From Actinomycetota bacterium (GTDB lineage: Bacteria > Actinomycetota > Thermoleophilia > Gaiellales > Gaiellaceae), in NCBI GenBank assembly GCA_046724565.1, contig JBKOWS010000055.1, positions 34,051 through 98,050 on the forward strand: a DNA stretch of 64,000 nt, read 5' to 3'. Shown here piece by piece: positions 16,664-25,876 of the stretch (position 1 is the stretch's first letter; each line of letters opens with the position of its first letter). A model generated the notes under the pieces. It was not told the origin of the DNA and searched no databases. It saw only the letters and a list, made by a program, of their open reading frames with translations. Both the position numbers and the translations under genes were made by a program.

Positions 16664-17118
16664 GGCGCCATGCTGAATCGCGACTACGAAGGCAGAACTG
16701 CTCGATCGCACGGGCTCTGGAGGTCGTGGGCGAGCCCTGGACTCTCCTCATCGTCCGGGACGTCTTTCTCGACTTGCGCCGATTCGACGAGCTGCAGGAG
16801 AACCTCGGAATTGCCCGGAACGTCCTGACTGACCGACTGAATCGGCTTGTGGAGGAGGGCGTCCTCGAGCGGGTCCGCTACAGCCAGCGGCCCGAGCGGT
16901 TCGAGTATCGGCTGACGCCAATGGGTCGCGAGCTCAACATCGCGCTCACGGGCCTGCGGCAGTTGGGCGACAAGTACCTGAGCGAGAAGCCGCCGCACGT
17001 GCTGCGTCGCAAGGCCGACCGGAAGCCGGTCGTTGCCGCCCTCGTGCACAGGGGTGCCGCGATCCTGAGCTCCGAGGTGGTCGAGCTCGTTCGAGGCCCG
17101 GGGCTCAGGACCGCCTGA
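16639..17118 (+). CDS. HxlR-family transcriptional regulator (5' end ambiguous, possible frameshift)
   Basis: NCSIARALEVVGEPWTLLIVRDVFLDLRRFDELQENLGIARNVLTDRLNRLVEEGVLERVRY. The family-typical N-terminus MLNRDYEG is encoded from ATG 16670 in a different frame. Confidence 0.7.
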   Translation: MKQLTVLDWRHAESRLRRQNCSIARALEVVGEPWTLLIVRDVFLDLRRFDELQENLGIARNVLTDRLNRLVEEGVLERVRYSQRPERFEYRLTPMGRELNIALTGLRQLGDKYLSEKPPHVLRRKADRKPVVAALVHRGAAILSSEVVELVRGPGLRTA

Positions 17119-17123
17119 GCCGG

Positions 17124-17762
17124 TCAGGTCGCAGGCGCAGCTGCGCCGACGAGCTCGGCGAGCCAGGCACGGGCCGCCGCGGCGACGCCGTCGAGATCCG
17201 CCTTGAGACCGTGATCTCCGGGCACCGTCACCACCTTCCGGGTTGGCGCAGCCGGCGGGATGCCAAAGGGATCGCGCTCGCCCTGGATGACCAGCGTCGG
17301 CACCGTGACCGCGTCGAGCTCGGCGAGTCGACTTTGCGGCAGCTTGCCGGCACGACGCGGCGGCTCGAGCGGGAATGCCAGGCAAAGGACAGCCTCGGCG
17401 CCGAGCGTCCCTGCGGTCCGGCACGCGACCCTGGCACCGAGCGAGCGGCCGCCTACGACCATGGGCAGGCCACCTAGCACCTTGGCTCGCAAGGCTTCGA
17501 CGGCCGCAGTCCAGGCGGCGTCGAGCTGCGGGGCACGCGCGGGAGAGCGGCGACCGGCAACGCGGTAGGGCTGCTCCACGAGCCCGACGCTGATGCCCTC
17601 CGAGCGCGCCGCCTCGGTCGCCGCCACCAGATCGGGCGCTCCCACGCCTCCGCCGGCTCCGTGTCCAAGGACGAGCGCTGCGCGTGGATGCTCAACGGTG
17701 CGCAGATGCGCGCGTGCCGGCCCGTGCGGAGTGTCGATCTCCATGTCGAGAATGGCCTCCAT
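17124..17762 (-). CDS. Alpha/beta-hydrolase-fold protein (dienelactone hydrolase/KANL3-like)
   Basis: ALVLGHGAGGG...VVGGRSLGARVA (nucleophile elbow GxSxG)...LVIQGERDPFG...PGDHGL. Confidence 0.75.
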   Translation of the reverse strand: MEAILDMEIDTPHGPARAHLRTVEHPRAALVLGHGAGGGVGAPDLVAATEAARSEGISVGLVEQPYRVAGRRSPARAPQLDAAWTAAVEALRAKVLGGLPMVVGGRSLGARVACRTAGTLGAEAVLCLAFPLEPPRRAGKLPQSRLAELDAVTVPTLVIQGERDPFGIPPAAPTRKVVTVPGDHGLKADLDGVAAAARAWLAELVGAAAPAT

Positions 17763-17820
17763 GCTCCGTTCTAATGGTGACAGTGCCAGGTGGGCACACG
17801 GACCGGAAACGAGGTGTTAG

Positions 17821-17988
17821 ATGGCGAAATATCTATTTGGAGTGAATTTCGACGGAGGAGTCGTCGACACGCCGATGTCGGAGTGGGAGCCGGAGGAGAT
17901 CACGGCGCACCTGGACTACTACAGGGCGCTGCACGAGGAGCTCCTCGAGAGCGGGGAGATCGTCGACTCCCAGGTCCTGACCGGGTAA
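17821..17988 (+). pseudogene. Truncated YciI/DGPF-family gene (N-terminal ~55 codons only)
   Basis: MAKYLFGVNFDGGVVDTPMSEWEPEEITAHLDYYRALHEELLESGEIVDSQVLTG then TAA. Full-length members are about 110-120 aa. Confidence 0.6.
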
Positions 17989-17989
17989 G

Positions 17990-18907
17990 AGCTCGCGAAG
18001 ATCGTGGCGACGAGTGGCGCAGCGAGCGCGCTCGAAGAGAGCGCGAGGCCCTGGCGTTCGAGCAGTCGTCGCCCCCGCCGGACGTCTCAGGACATCACTC
18101 GTTGATCCTGTTGCTCATGTGCTGTCATCCTTCGCTCACCCCGGCCTCGGCGATCGCGCTGACGCTGCGGGCCGTCGGCGGCTTGACGACGGCCGAATCG
18201 CGAGCGCATTCCTCGTTCCGGAACCGACGATGGCGCAGCGCATTAGCAGGGCGAAGCAGACGGTGAAGGCATCCGGCGTGCCGTTACGAATGCCGACGCG
18301 CGAAGACCAGACGGAGCGACTTCGCGCCGTGCTGCACGTTCTCTATCTGATCTTCAACGAGGGATATGCGAGCAGCAGCGGTCGCGAACTTCAGCGCGCC
18401 GAGCTGTCGGGCGAGGCGGTCCGGCTGACGAGAGTGGTGTACACAGCACTCCCCGACTGCGGCGAGGTGTGCGGCCTGCTCGCGCTGATGCTCCTGGTCG
18501 ATGCAAGGCGGCCGGCGCGCATCGATGCAGCAGGGCAGCCGATTCCGCTCACGGAGCAGGACCGATCACTGTGGGATCGAGCGCTCATCGCCGAGGGTAT
18601 CTCGTTGCTCGACGGCGCGGTGGGCAAGAGGCCGGTCGGCGAATATCAACTCCAGGCCGCCATCGCAGCACTTCATGATCGAGCTGCGCACGCGGACGAC
18701 ACCGACTGGCCGCAGATCCTCGCGCCTGCTGGACCAGGTCGATGAGCGCTTGGCCGGCCACTACCGGGCCGAGCCCACCTGTTGGAGATGGCGGGCGACG
18801 CCGAGGGTGCACTCGAGCACTATCGCGCCGCTGCCGGCCGCGCGACGAGCTTGCCAGAACAGCAATACCTCACGACCCGAGCGGCGTGGCTCAAGGCTCG
18901 ACGCTAG
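17990..18907 (+). pseudogene. Decayed ECF sigma factor of the YciI/DGPF-associated, TPR-tailed type (ECF42-like)
   Basis: Homology is spread over three frames: LILLLMCCHPSLTPASAIALTLRAVGGLTTAE / IASAFLVPEPTMAQRISRAKQTVKASGVP...VLYLIFNEGYASSSG...YQLQAAIAALHDRA...DWPQILA / LLDQVDERLAGHY / HLLEMAGDAEGALEHYRAAAGRATSLPEQQYLTTRAAWL. Sigma region 2 is missing. Confidence 0.65.
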
Positions 18908-19179
18908 AACTCCGGCGGCAAGCGCGCGTCTTTGAGGTCGACGCGATCGCCGCGCATGGACACGCCTTCTTCGAGCAGTAAGGCCCGCTGCTTGGCGCCT
19001 TTCGGCAGGGTGCCGTTAGCCCGGACGACCCGCTGCCAGGGAATGTCGTCGTGCGTCTGCGACAGGACGAGGCCCACGAGCCGCGGCGCGCCGGGATCGA
19101 TGTCGCCGTACGTGCGCACGAATCCTTTCGGGATCGCGCGTATGCGTTCGAGGATGCGGTCGCGGCGCTGCGTACTCAT
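18904..19179 (-). CDS. Alkyltransferase-like (ATL) protein, MGMT family lacking the acceptor Cys
   Basis: IPKGFVRTYGDI...DIPWQRVVRANG: PWQRV occupies the position of the MGMT PCHRV active site. Confidence 0.8.
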   Translation of the reverse strand: MSTQRRDRILERIRAIPKGFVRTYGDIDPGAPRLVGLVLSQTHDDIPWQRVVRANGTLPKGAKQRALLLEEGVSMRGDRVDLKDARLPPEF

Positions 19180-19344
19180 TCCCTAGCGCGCGCTACCGAG
19201 CGAAGACGTCCGGGAGTGCGTATGGCTCAGGGGAGTCGGTCGGATTGACGAGGATCACACTCAAGACCTTGCCAAAACGTTCCCTCTAATCGTTGTCTCA
19301 TCTGCTCGTCCTAACGTCGGGCTCGTCCGAGGAAAGGAGAGGAG

Positions 19345-20082
19345 ATGAGGAGAATCAGACGATCACTGGTTCTCGGCGGGGCCACTTTCGGAGCACTACT
19401 GCTCATTCCCTTGAGCCACGTTCTCGCGAGCGGCCCCGGCTCGAGACCGCCGGTGCCGTGTCCGACGTTCGACGCGGGGAACTTCAACGCGCCGACGACG
19501 ATCGACAATCAGTACTTCCCACTCGTTCGAGGCACGCGCTTCACGTACAAGGGCTTTGCTCAGAAGGCCGCGGTTGTCGACATCGTCACCGTCACGCGTA
19601 ACACGAGAACCCTCGCCAACGTGACGACTGTTGAAGTCCGTGACCAGGTCTATGAGGACCAGGTCCTGACCGAGGACACCCTTGACTGGTACGCCCAGGA
19701 CGACGCGGGCAACGTGTGGTACTTCGGGGAGTTCGCAACGCAGTTGCCGGCAGTGACCCACGACGGCTCCTGGAGCGCCGGAGTCGACGGCGCCCAGCCC
19801 GGCTACATCATGGAAGCTGCGCCGCAGGTCGGCGACGCCTACTGCCAGGAGAACGCTCCGGGGACTGCGCAGGACGCCGGGGAGGTACTGAGCGTCACCG
19901 CGTCACGATCGGTTCCGTTCGGGAGCTACTCCGGAAACCTTCTCCAGACGAAGGACTACTCGCTGCTGGAGCCCAAGAACGAGAACAAGTTCTATGCGCC
20001 CGGTGTCGGGTTGATCGAAGCCGTCTCGACGACAGGCCCGAGCGAGGACATTCAGCTGGACAGCATCAAGCACGGCGGCTGA
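19345..20082 (+). CDS. Secreted hypothetical protein
   Basis: Signal-peptide-like MRRIRRSLVLGGATFGALLLIPLSHVLASG with GGAGAGGAG RBS. No family recognised. Confidence 0.6.
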   Translation: MRRIRRSLVLGGATFGALLLIPLSHVLASGPGSRPPVPCPTFDAGNFNAPTTIDNQYFPLVRGTRFTYKGFAQKAAVVDIVTVTRNTRTLANVTTVEVRDQVYEDQVLTEDTLDWYAQDDAGNVWYFGEFATQLPAVTHDGSWSAGVDGAQPGYIMEAAPQVGDAYCQENAPGTAQDAGEVLSVTASRSVPFGSYSGNLLQTKDYSLLEPKNENKFYAPGVGLIEAVSTTGPSEDIQLDSIKHGG

Positions 20083-20157
20083 CTGAGGCCTCCGGTGAGC
20101 GGGGGGGTCACCCGCCCGCTCACCGGCGCGCGGCCGGGATCATCGATACTCGGCGGG

Positions 20158-20919
20158 ATGGCCAGGCCTTTCCTTCTTGTCCAGCTCAGCGATCCGCACG
20201 TCGGTGCGACCTGGGGTGTTGGGGATCCGGTCGCGGGACTGCGGGCCGCGGTCGAGTCGGTGCGCCACTTGCCCGATGCGCCGGGCGCGGTGTTGATGTC
20301 CGGCGACCTCGCCGACAACGCCCTGGACGGCGAGTACAGGATCGTGCGTGAGCTCCTGGGGCAGCTCGGCGCGCCCATCTACGTCCTGCCCGGCAATCAC
20401 GACGACCGTGACGCGCTCAGGCGGAACTTCGGCGTCCCCGGAGCAATGGGAACGCCGGTTCAGTACGCCGCGGATCTCGGCGCATTGCGGCTAGTCGTAC
20501 TGGACAGCACGCGACCGGGCGAGATTTCGGGTGAATTGGACACCGATCGGCTGAGCTGGCTCGATGCGGAGCTGGCGCGTGCTCCGGATCAGCTGACGCT
20601 GCTGGCGCTTCACCATCCGCCGGTCTCGACCGGAATCAAGGCGTGGGACGAGCTCGGACTACCGGCCGCCGATCGTCGCGCGCTCGGTGACATTCTTCAG
20701 CGCCATCCGCAGGTGCGGCGCATCGTTGCCGGCCATATCCACCGCACCATGGCGGCGGAGCTCGCCGGGCGCACAGTCTTCACGGTTCCCAGCACGTATG
20801 TGCAGACGCGTCTCACCTTCAACTCGGACGTCGTCAGGATCGCCGCCGAGCCGCCCGGTTTCGCGGTACACGCGCTGCTGGGGGGAGAGCTTGCCACTCA
20901 CCTCCAACCCGTGACCTGA
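20158..20919 (+). CDS. Metallophosphoesterase (CpdA/GpdQ-like phosphodiesterase)
   Basis: LVQLSDPHVG, SGDLADN, LPGNHDD, LHHPP and AGHIH motifs in canonical order. Confidence 0.8.
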   Translation: MARPFLLVQLSDPHVGATWGVGDPVAGLRAAVESVRHLPDAPGAVLMSGDLADNALDGEYRIVRELLGQLGAPIYVLPGNHDDRDALRRNFGVPGAMGTPVQYAADLGALRLVVLDSTRPGEISGELDTDRLSWLDAELARAPDQLTLLALHHPPVSTGIKAWDELGLPAADRRALGDILQRHPQVRRIVAGHIHRTMAAELAGRTVFTVPSTYVQTRLTFNSDVVRIAAEPPGFAVHALLGGELATHLQPVT

Positions 20920-20937
20920 TCGCGACGCTCGGACCCT

Positions 20938-21891
20938 TCAGGCCGGCAGCGGAAGGCAGTAGCTGCGTCTGCGTGCGAACTGTTCGTAGCCCGCGCGCTC
21001 GAAGGCCTTCACCATCGCGACGTTGTCGCGATCGCAGTCGCCGCGGATCTCGTCAGCGCCGTCGGCGACGAGCTGCGCAGTCGCGCGGCGGACGAGCTCG
21101 GCGGCGAGACCGCGGCCGCGTTGCGGCGGCGTCACCCCGACGTATGCAACGACCGGAGAGGTTGTTGTTCTCGCACCCATGATCACTCCGGCGACGGCGC
21201 CCTCGTGTGTATAGGCGAGCTCCCACCAGTGCGGTAGGTAGTCCATCTCCTGGTAGTCGAGGAAGTCCGACCGGGCTGCACCGCGCAGCCCACGGTCCTG
21301 AATGTGCCGGGTGAGGATCGAGTCGGGCGTACCTTCGTAGGTCGACGCCATCGCCTCGATGAACCGGTCCTCTCCGACCTCGTCGAGGGAGCGAAAGAGA
21401 AGCGAAGTCGGCTCGACCGGCTCATCCGCGGTTGCCGTGCTGTAGAGCCAGCGCAGTCCGTCGCGCTGAAGCTCGTATCCGGTCTCCTCGAACAGGCGGA
21501 CGCGGGCAGAGTCGTGCTCCTGGTACTGCGGCGCTACGGGCGGGCTGTCGACGTGGTGCCACAGTGCGCGGGCGCTGAGCTCTGCGGCCACATCGTGGAG
21601 GTGCGCTAGTAGCGCACGCACGTCCGCCAAGTGCGGATCAGTCCAGTCGCCGTCGATCAGGACGAGGTCGGTGGGCGCGCGCTCGTCCGGCGGGGCCCAG
21701 AATGCCGCCCGCGCGACGGGGCCTTCCGAAGCAAGCCCGACGACGCACCAGCCGGCTTTCGTCGCCCCGTCGCGAATGAGCGCCTCCGCGTAGGCGCGCA
21801 GCTGTTCGTGGTACGGCGAGCTCTTGGAGACGGACAGGAAGTCGTCGAGGGAAGCTTCCTCGGCGGTTACGAAGACCAGCGGACGCCGCAC
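20938..21891 (-). CDS. GNAT-family N-acetyltransferase (two-domain, 317 aa)
   Basis: C-terminal AYVGVTPPQRGRGLAAELVRRATAQL...NVAMVKAFERAGY acetyl-CoA motif. Confidence 0.75.
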   Translation of the reverse strand: MRRPLVFVTAEEASLDDFLSVSKSSPYHEQLRAYAEALIRDGATKAGWCVVGLASEGPVARAAFWAPPDERAPTDLVLIDGDWTDPHLADVRALLAHLHDVAAELSARALWHHVDSPPVAPQYQEHDSARVRLFEETGYELQRDGLRWLYSTATADEPVEPTSLLFRSLDEVGEDRFIEAMASTYEGTPDSILTRHIQDRGLRGAARSDFLDYQEMDYLPHWWELAYTHEGAVAGVIMGARTTTSPVVAYVGVTPPQRGRGLAAELVRRATAQLVADGADEIRGDCDRDNVAMVKAFERAGYEQFARRRSYCLPLPA

Positions 21892-21912
21892 GGTGAGAAG
21901 AACGTACGCCCG

Positions 21913-22224
21913 TCAGCGCAACCTGCAGCGAACGAGCTCGCGCAGGAGCGGCTCGAACTGCTTTCCACGCCGCGTCAGCCGGTACTCGACCGCGGGGGGT
22001 CGCGTATCGAGGACTCGCCGCTCGAGCACGCCGGCGTCGACGAGCTCCGTGAGGCGGGTCGTCAGCGTGGCGGGCGGGACGCGTCCGAGCGCTTGGCGGA
22101 ACTCGTTGAAGCGAGCTGCGCCTTCGATGGACGCATAGAGGATCGAGAGAGTCCAACGTCGCTCGAGGAGGTCCGCCGCCCGGCGGACCTCCTCGGGAAC
22201 CGGATCACGCCGCGTGCAGCGCAT
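21913..22224 (-). CDS. HxlR-family transcriptional regulator
   Basis: ADLLERRWTLSILYASIEGAARFNEFRQALGRVPPATLTTRLTELVDAGVLERR. It overlaps the lon stop by 20 nt. Confidence 0.8.
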   Translation of the reverse strand: MRCTRRDPVPEEVRRAADLLERRWTLSILYASIEGAARFNEFRQALGRVPPATLTTRLTELVDAGVLERRVLDTRPPAVEYRLTRRGKQFEPLLRELVRCRLR

Positions 22225-24505
22225 GGTCGTGCGCCGGCTCGAGCGCGAGCTCGAGCACCTCGTCGACGCTGAGCACCGGGTGGAACTTCATGGCCTCGCG
22301 GACGTCCTCGGGCACGTCGTCGAGGTCGGCGCGGTTCCGCTCCGGGATGATGACGTCGGTCAGACCGGCTGCATGGGCGGCCAGAACCTTCTGCTTCAGG
22401 CCGCCGATCGGAAGAACGCGGCCCTGCAGGGTGACCTCGCCCGTCATGCCGACCGTGTGCCTGACCGGCCGTTGCGTCAGCAGCGAGGCGAGGGCTGTCG
22501 TCATCGCGATGCCCGCGCTCGGCCCGTCCTTCGGGATGGCGCCGGCAGGCACGTGCAGGTGGAACGCATGCGCGCGCAGGTTCTCGGGAGCAACGTCGAG
22601 CTCGTCGGCGTGAGCGCGGACCCAGGAAAGTGCGATCTGCGCCGACTCCTTCATCACGTCACCGAGCTGGCCGGTCAGCGTGAGCCCGCCCTCCCCGTCC
22701 ATGCTCGTCGCCTCGATGAAGAGGACGTCGCCGCCCGTGCCCGTGACGGCCAGACCGGTAGAGACGCCTGGCACGGCCGTTCGCTCAGCGGACTCCTGCC
22801 AGAAGCGCTGCCGGCCCAGCGCGTCGCGCACGAGAGCCTCGTCGATCGTGATCGGCGGGGTTGCGTCCTCGGACGCGATCCGGGTCGCGGTCTTGCGCAG
22901 CAACTTGCCGAGCTCACGCTCGAGCTGTCGGACGCCCGCCTCGCGGGTGTAGTCCGTCACGACCGTCTTGACGAGCTCGTCGGAGATCTCGACTTCCTCC
23001 TCGCGCAGTCCGTTCCGCTCGCGCTGTCGCGGCCAGAGATAGCCGCGCGCGATCGCGACCTTCTCGTCGACGGTGTAGCCGTCGAACCGGATGACCTCCA
23101 TCCGGTCGAGCAGCGGACCTGGGATCGTCTCGGCGACGTTCGCCGTCGCGATGAAGACGACCTGAGACAGGTCGAGCTCGACGTCGAGGTAGTGATCGCG
23201 GAACGAGTGGTTCTGCGCCGGATCGAGCACCTCGAGCAGCGCGGACGAGGGATCGCCGCGCCAGTCGGCGCCGACCTTGTCGACCTCGTCGAGCATGATC
23301 ACCGGGTTCATCGTTCCGGCATCGCGCAGCGCGCGGACGAGGCGTCCAGGCAGTGCTCCGATGTACGTCCGCCGATGGCCGCGGATCTCTGCCTCGTCAC
23401 GAACGCCGCCGAGCGACATACGCACGAACTCGCGGTTGAGCGCACGCGCGATCGACTCACCGATCGACGTCTTACCCGTGCCGGGCGGGCCGATCAGCGT
23501 GAGGATGGCGCCTGAGCGCTTGTCCTCGGCGATGCCGCGCTCTTGCCGCAGCTTCCGTACCGCGAGGTACTCGACGATGCGCGCCTTCACGTCTTCCAGC
23601 CCTGCGTGATCCTTGTCGAGGATCTCGCGTGCCAGCTTCGGATCGAGCCGTTCGTCTGACTTCTTGCCCCACGGCACGGCGAGCAGCCAGTCGAGGTAGC
23701 TGCGAATCAGGGACGCCTCGGGTGAAGCGTCGCCCATCCGCTCGAACCGGCCGAGCTCGCGCTCTGCCTGCTCGCGCACCTCGTCCGGCATTTCGGACTC
23801 GGAGATTTTGCGGCGGTACTCGTCGACGACGGAGCCGTCGTCCTCGCCGAGCTCCTTGCGGATCGACTCCATCTGCTTGCGCAGGAAGTACTCACGCTGC
23901 TGCGCCTGTGCGCCGGACTCGACGTCGTCGCGGATGCGGCGCCGAACCTGCAACTCGGCGAGCCGTTCGCGCTGCAGCGAGAGGGCGAGCTCGAGCCGCT
24001 CGACGACGTCCAGCGTCTCGAGCAGCTCGACCCGCTGCTCGAAGGTCAAATCGGGTGAATAGGCGGCGGTGTCTGCGAGCGCGCCCGCCTCGAGGACCGA
24101 CCGGAGGAACTCGCCAATCCGCGGATCGGCGTCGCGCAGCTCGAGGATCTCCTGCACGACGGCGCGATACTCGGTCTCGAGCTCGCGTGTCTTGATCGGT
24201 GCAGGGGTCTCGTCAGGCCGCGGTTCGACGTCGACGTAGAGGCGCCCATTGGCGCCCGACTCCGCGGCGCGAAGCTGCGCTCGATAGAGCCCCGAGAGCG
24301 TCACCACGCGCGCGCCGCCGGGGAGGCGGCCGCTCTCGACGATCTCGGCGACCGTGCCGACCTTGGCATAGGTGTCCTCGTGGCGCGGGACGAGGAGGAC
24401 TTGCGTCTCGTCGCCCGTCTCGAGGGGCAGGGTCACCGTCATGTTCGGGAAGACGACGGTGTCGTCTAGTGGTATGAGCAGGTATTTCTCCACTATGTGC
24501 TTCAC
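22205..24505 (-). CDS. lon: ATP-dependent Lon protease
   Basis: 766 aa. LON N-domain, GPPGTGKTS Walker A, MLDEVDK Walker B, proteolytic PKDGPSAGIAMTTAL with the catalytic Ser. Confidence 0.95.
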   Translation of the reverse strand: MKHIVEKYLLIPLDDTVVFPNMTVTLPLETGDETQVLLVPRHEDTYAKVGTVAEIVESGRLPGGARVVTLSGLYRAQLRAAESGANGRLYVDVEPRPDETPAPIKTRELETEYRAVVQEILELRDADPRIGEFLRSVLEAGALADTAAYSPDLTFEQRVELLETLDVVERLELALSLQRERLAELQVRRRIRDDVESGAQAQQREYFLRKQMESIRKELGEDDGSVVDEYRRKISESEMPDEVREQAERELGRFERMGDASPEASLIRSYLDWLLAVPWGKKSDERLDPKLAREILDKDHAGLEDVKARIVEYLAVRKLRQERGIAEDKRSGAILTLIGPPGTGKTSIGESIARALNREFVRMSLGGVRDEAEIRGHRRTYIGALPGRLVRALRDAGTMNPVIMLDEVDKVGADWRGDPSSALLEVLDPAQNHSFRDHYLDVELDLSQVVFIATANVAETIPGPLLDRMEVIRFDGYTVDEKVAIARGYLWPRQRERNGLREEEVEISDELVKTVVTDYTREAGVRQLERELGKLLRKTATRIASEDATPPITIDEALVRDALGRQRFWQESAERTAVPGVSTGLAVTGTGGDVLFIEATSMDGEGGLTLTGQLGDVMKESAQIALSWVRAHADELDVAPENLRAHAFHLHVPAGAIPKDGPSAGIAMTTALASLLTQRPVRHTVGMTGEVTLQGRVLPIGGLKQKVLAAHAAGLTDVIIPERNRADLDDVPEDVREAMKFHPVLSVDEVLELALEPAHDHALHAA

Positions 24506-24565
24506 ACTCCTGAGCTAGTACTGCCCAAATAGTAGCTTCACAAGTTGTAGCTAGGAGGGCCGCCT

Positions 24566-25051
24566 CTAGACCCGGCGGACGAGCTCGCCCAGCGGCTTCC
24601 GCCTGGCCCGTGCCGACCACTCCTCCGCAGGCCGGGACTCTGGGTTCCGGGGCCGGGCCGGGTAGCCGAACGTCAGGACCAGCCTCACCTCGGCCCCGCA
24701 GATCTCGGCGGCGGCTTCCGGCTCGCGGATGCCGTTGGGGGTCGACGTCACGCCCTCGCCCCAGGCGCACAGCATCATGTTCTGCGCACAGCGCCCGACG
24801 TCGATCCCCTTCACGGGCCCGCAGATGGCGACCACGAGCGTCGCGCGGAGGACGTTCTGTGGCTCCCACACCGTCTCGGCCAGCTGCTGCTGCGCGGTCT
24901 CGACGACCACGAACTCCCAGGGCTGCTTGTTCTGCGAGTTGCCCGACAGCCTCCCGGCATCGAGGATCCGGTGGACGAGGCCGTCCGGGATCGGCGTGTC
25001 GGCGTACTCGCGCTGGTCGCGCTTGCTCGCGATCGCGAGGTAGACGTCCAC
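24566..25051 (-). CDS. Nitroreductase-family protein
   Basis: IASKRDQREYADTPIPDGLVHRILDAGRLSGNSQNKQPWEFVVV. Confidence 0.8.
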   Translation of the reverse strand: MDVYLAIASKRDQREYADTPIPDGLVHRILDAGRLSGNSQNKQPWEFVVVETAQQQLAETVWEPQNVLRATLVVAICGPVKGIDVGRCAQNMMLCAWGEGVTSTPNGIREPEAAAEICGAEVRLVLTFGYPARPRNPESRPAEEWSARARRKPLGELVRRV

Positions 25052-25087
25052 CTCGCGATCATGCCTGCGGTCGTCGGCTCTGCGCTC

Positions 25088-25876
25088 TTAGCGCGTGGCC
25101 GTCGACTTGTGCACCACCCAGCCGAGTCCCCCATCGGATTGCTCTGGGAGGCTACGAAGATCGTGCAGTCCCTTGCGCAACTCTCCCTCGTCCGCGCCCG
25201 GTAGTTGTGCGAGCGCAGGAAGCGCGCTCTCCATGACGTCAGCGGCGTAGCTCGCCTGAACCTGCAGATCCTGCCCCTGCCACCGGAACGACCGCTCGCC
25301 CTCGTCGACCGCGCGGAATCCTGCTTCGTTGAGCCAACCCGGAAGTCGCGTGCCGGCGTCGCTCCAGCCCGAGGCGGCCATCCCTTGAACCATCGTCCGA
25401 AGCAGCGCCTCGAGAGCGGGAGTCGTCGGCTCTGCACGACACGTCGAGTAGTCCACTTCGATCGCCGTGATGCGACCCTCAGAGACGAGCACGCGCCGAG
25501 CTTCGCGCAGCGCTGCGGCCGGATCGGCCACGTGCTCGAGGAACCACATCATCCAGACATGGTCGAACGAGCCGTCCGCGACGGGGAGCGCGAGCGCGTC
25601 GGCCTGACGCAGCGTCGCCTCGACGCCGGCTCGCTCCAGGTGTCCTCGCGCGAAGGCGAGTTGCTTCTCCTCGATGTCGACGCCGAACAGCTCGAGCCCC
25701 GGGTACTCCTGCCCGAGCACCGCGAGGACGGCGCCGACGCCGCAGCCGACTTCGAGCAGACGCGTGCCAGGTTCGAGCTCGGTGCCGTCGCGGATCAGCC
25801 GGTGGCGCCAGTGCTCCGCCTGCTCCACGAGGCGCTCCTGCTCCGGCGTCCCGTAGCCGTGAACGTACTCAGTCAC
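25088..25876 (-). CDS. Class I SAM-dependent methyltransferase
   Basis: RLLEVGCGVGAVL (motif I) ... LFGVDIE ... FDHVWMMWFLEHV. Confidence 0.8.
   Translation of the reverse strand: MTEYVHGYGTPEQERLVEQAEHWRHRLIRDGTELEPGTRLLEVGCGVGAVLAVLGQEYPGLELFGVDIEEKQLAFARGHLERAGVEATLRQADALALPVADGSFDHVWMMWFLEHVADPAAALREARRVLVSEGRITAIEVDYSTCRAEPTTPALEALLRTMVQGMAASGWSDAGTRLPGWLNEAGFRAVDEGERSFRWQGQDLQVQASYAADVMESALPALAQLPGADEGELRKGLHDLRSLPEQSDGGLGWVVHKSTATR

Noticed and set aside
24498-24545. Direct repeat GCTTCACA x2 and AT-rich stretch upstream of lon; considered as a heat-shock operator (HAIR/CIRCE)
   Set aside because: Neither the HspR HAIR (CTTGAGT-N7-ACTCAAG) nor the CIRCE (TTAGCACTC-N9-GAGTGCTAA) consensus is present. 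One repeat copy overlaps the lon start codon itself. It probably just marks the promoter/RBS region.
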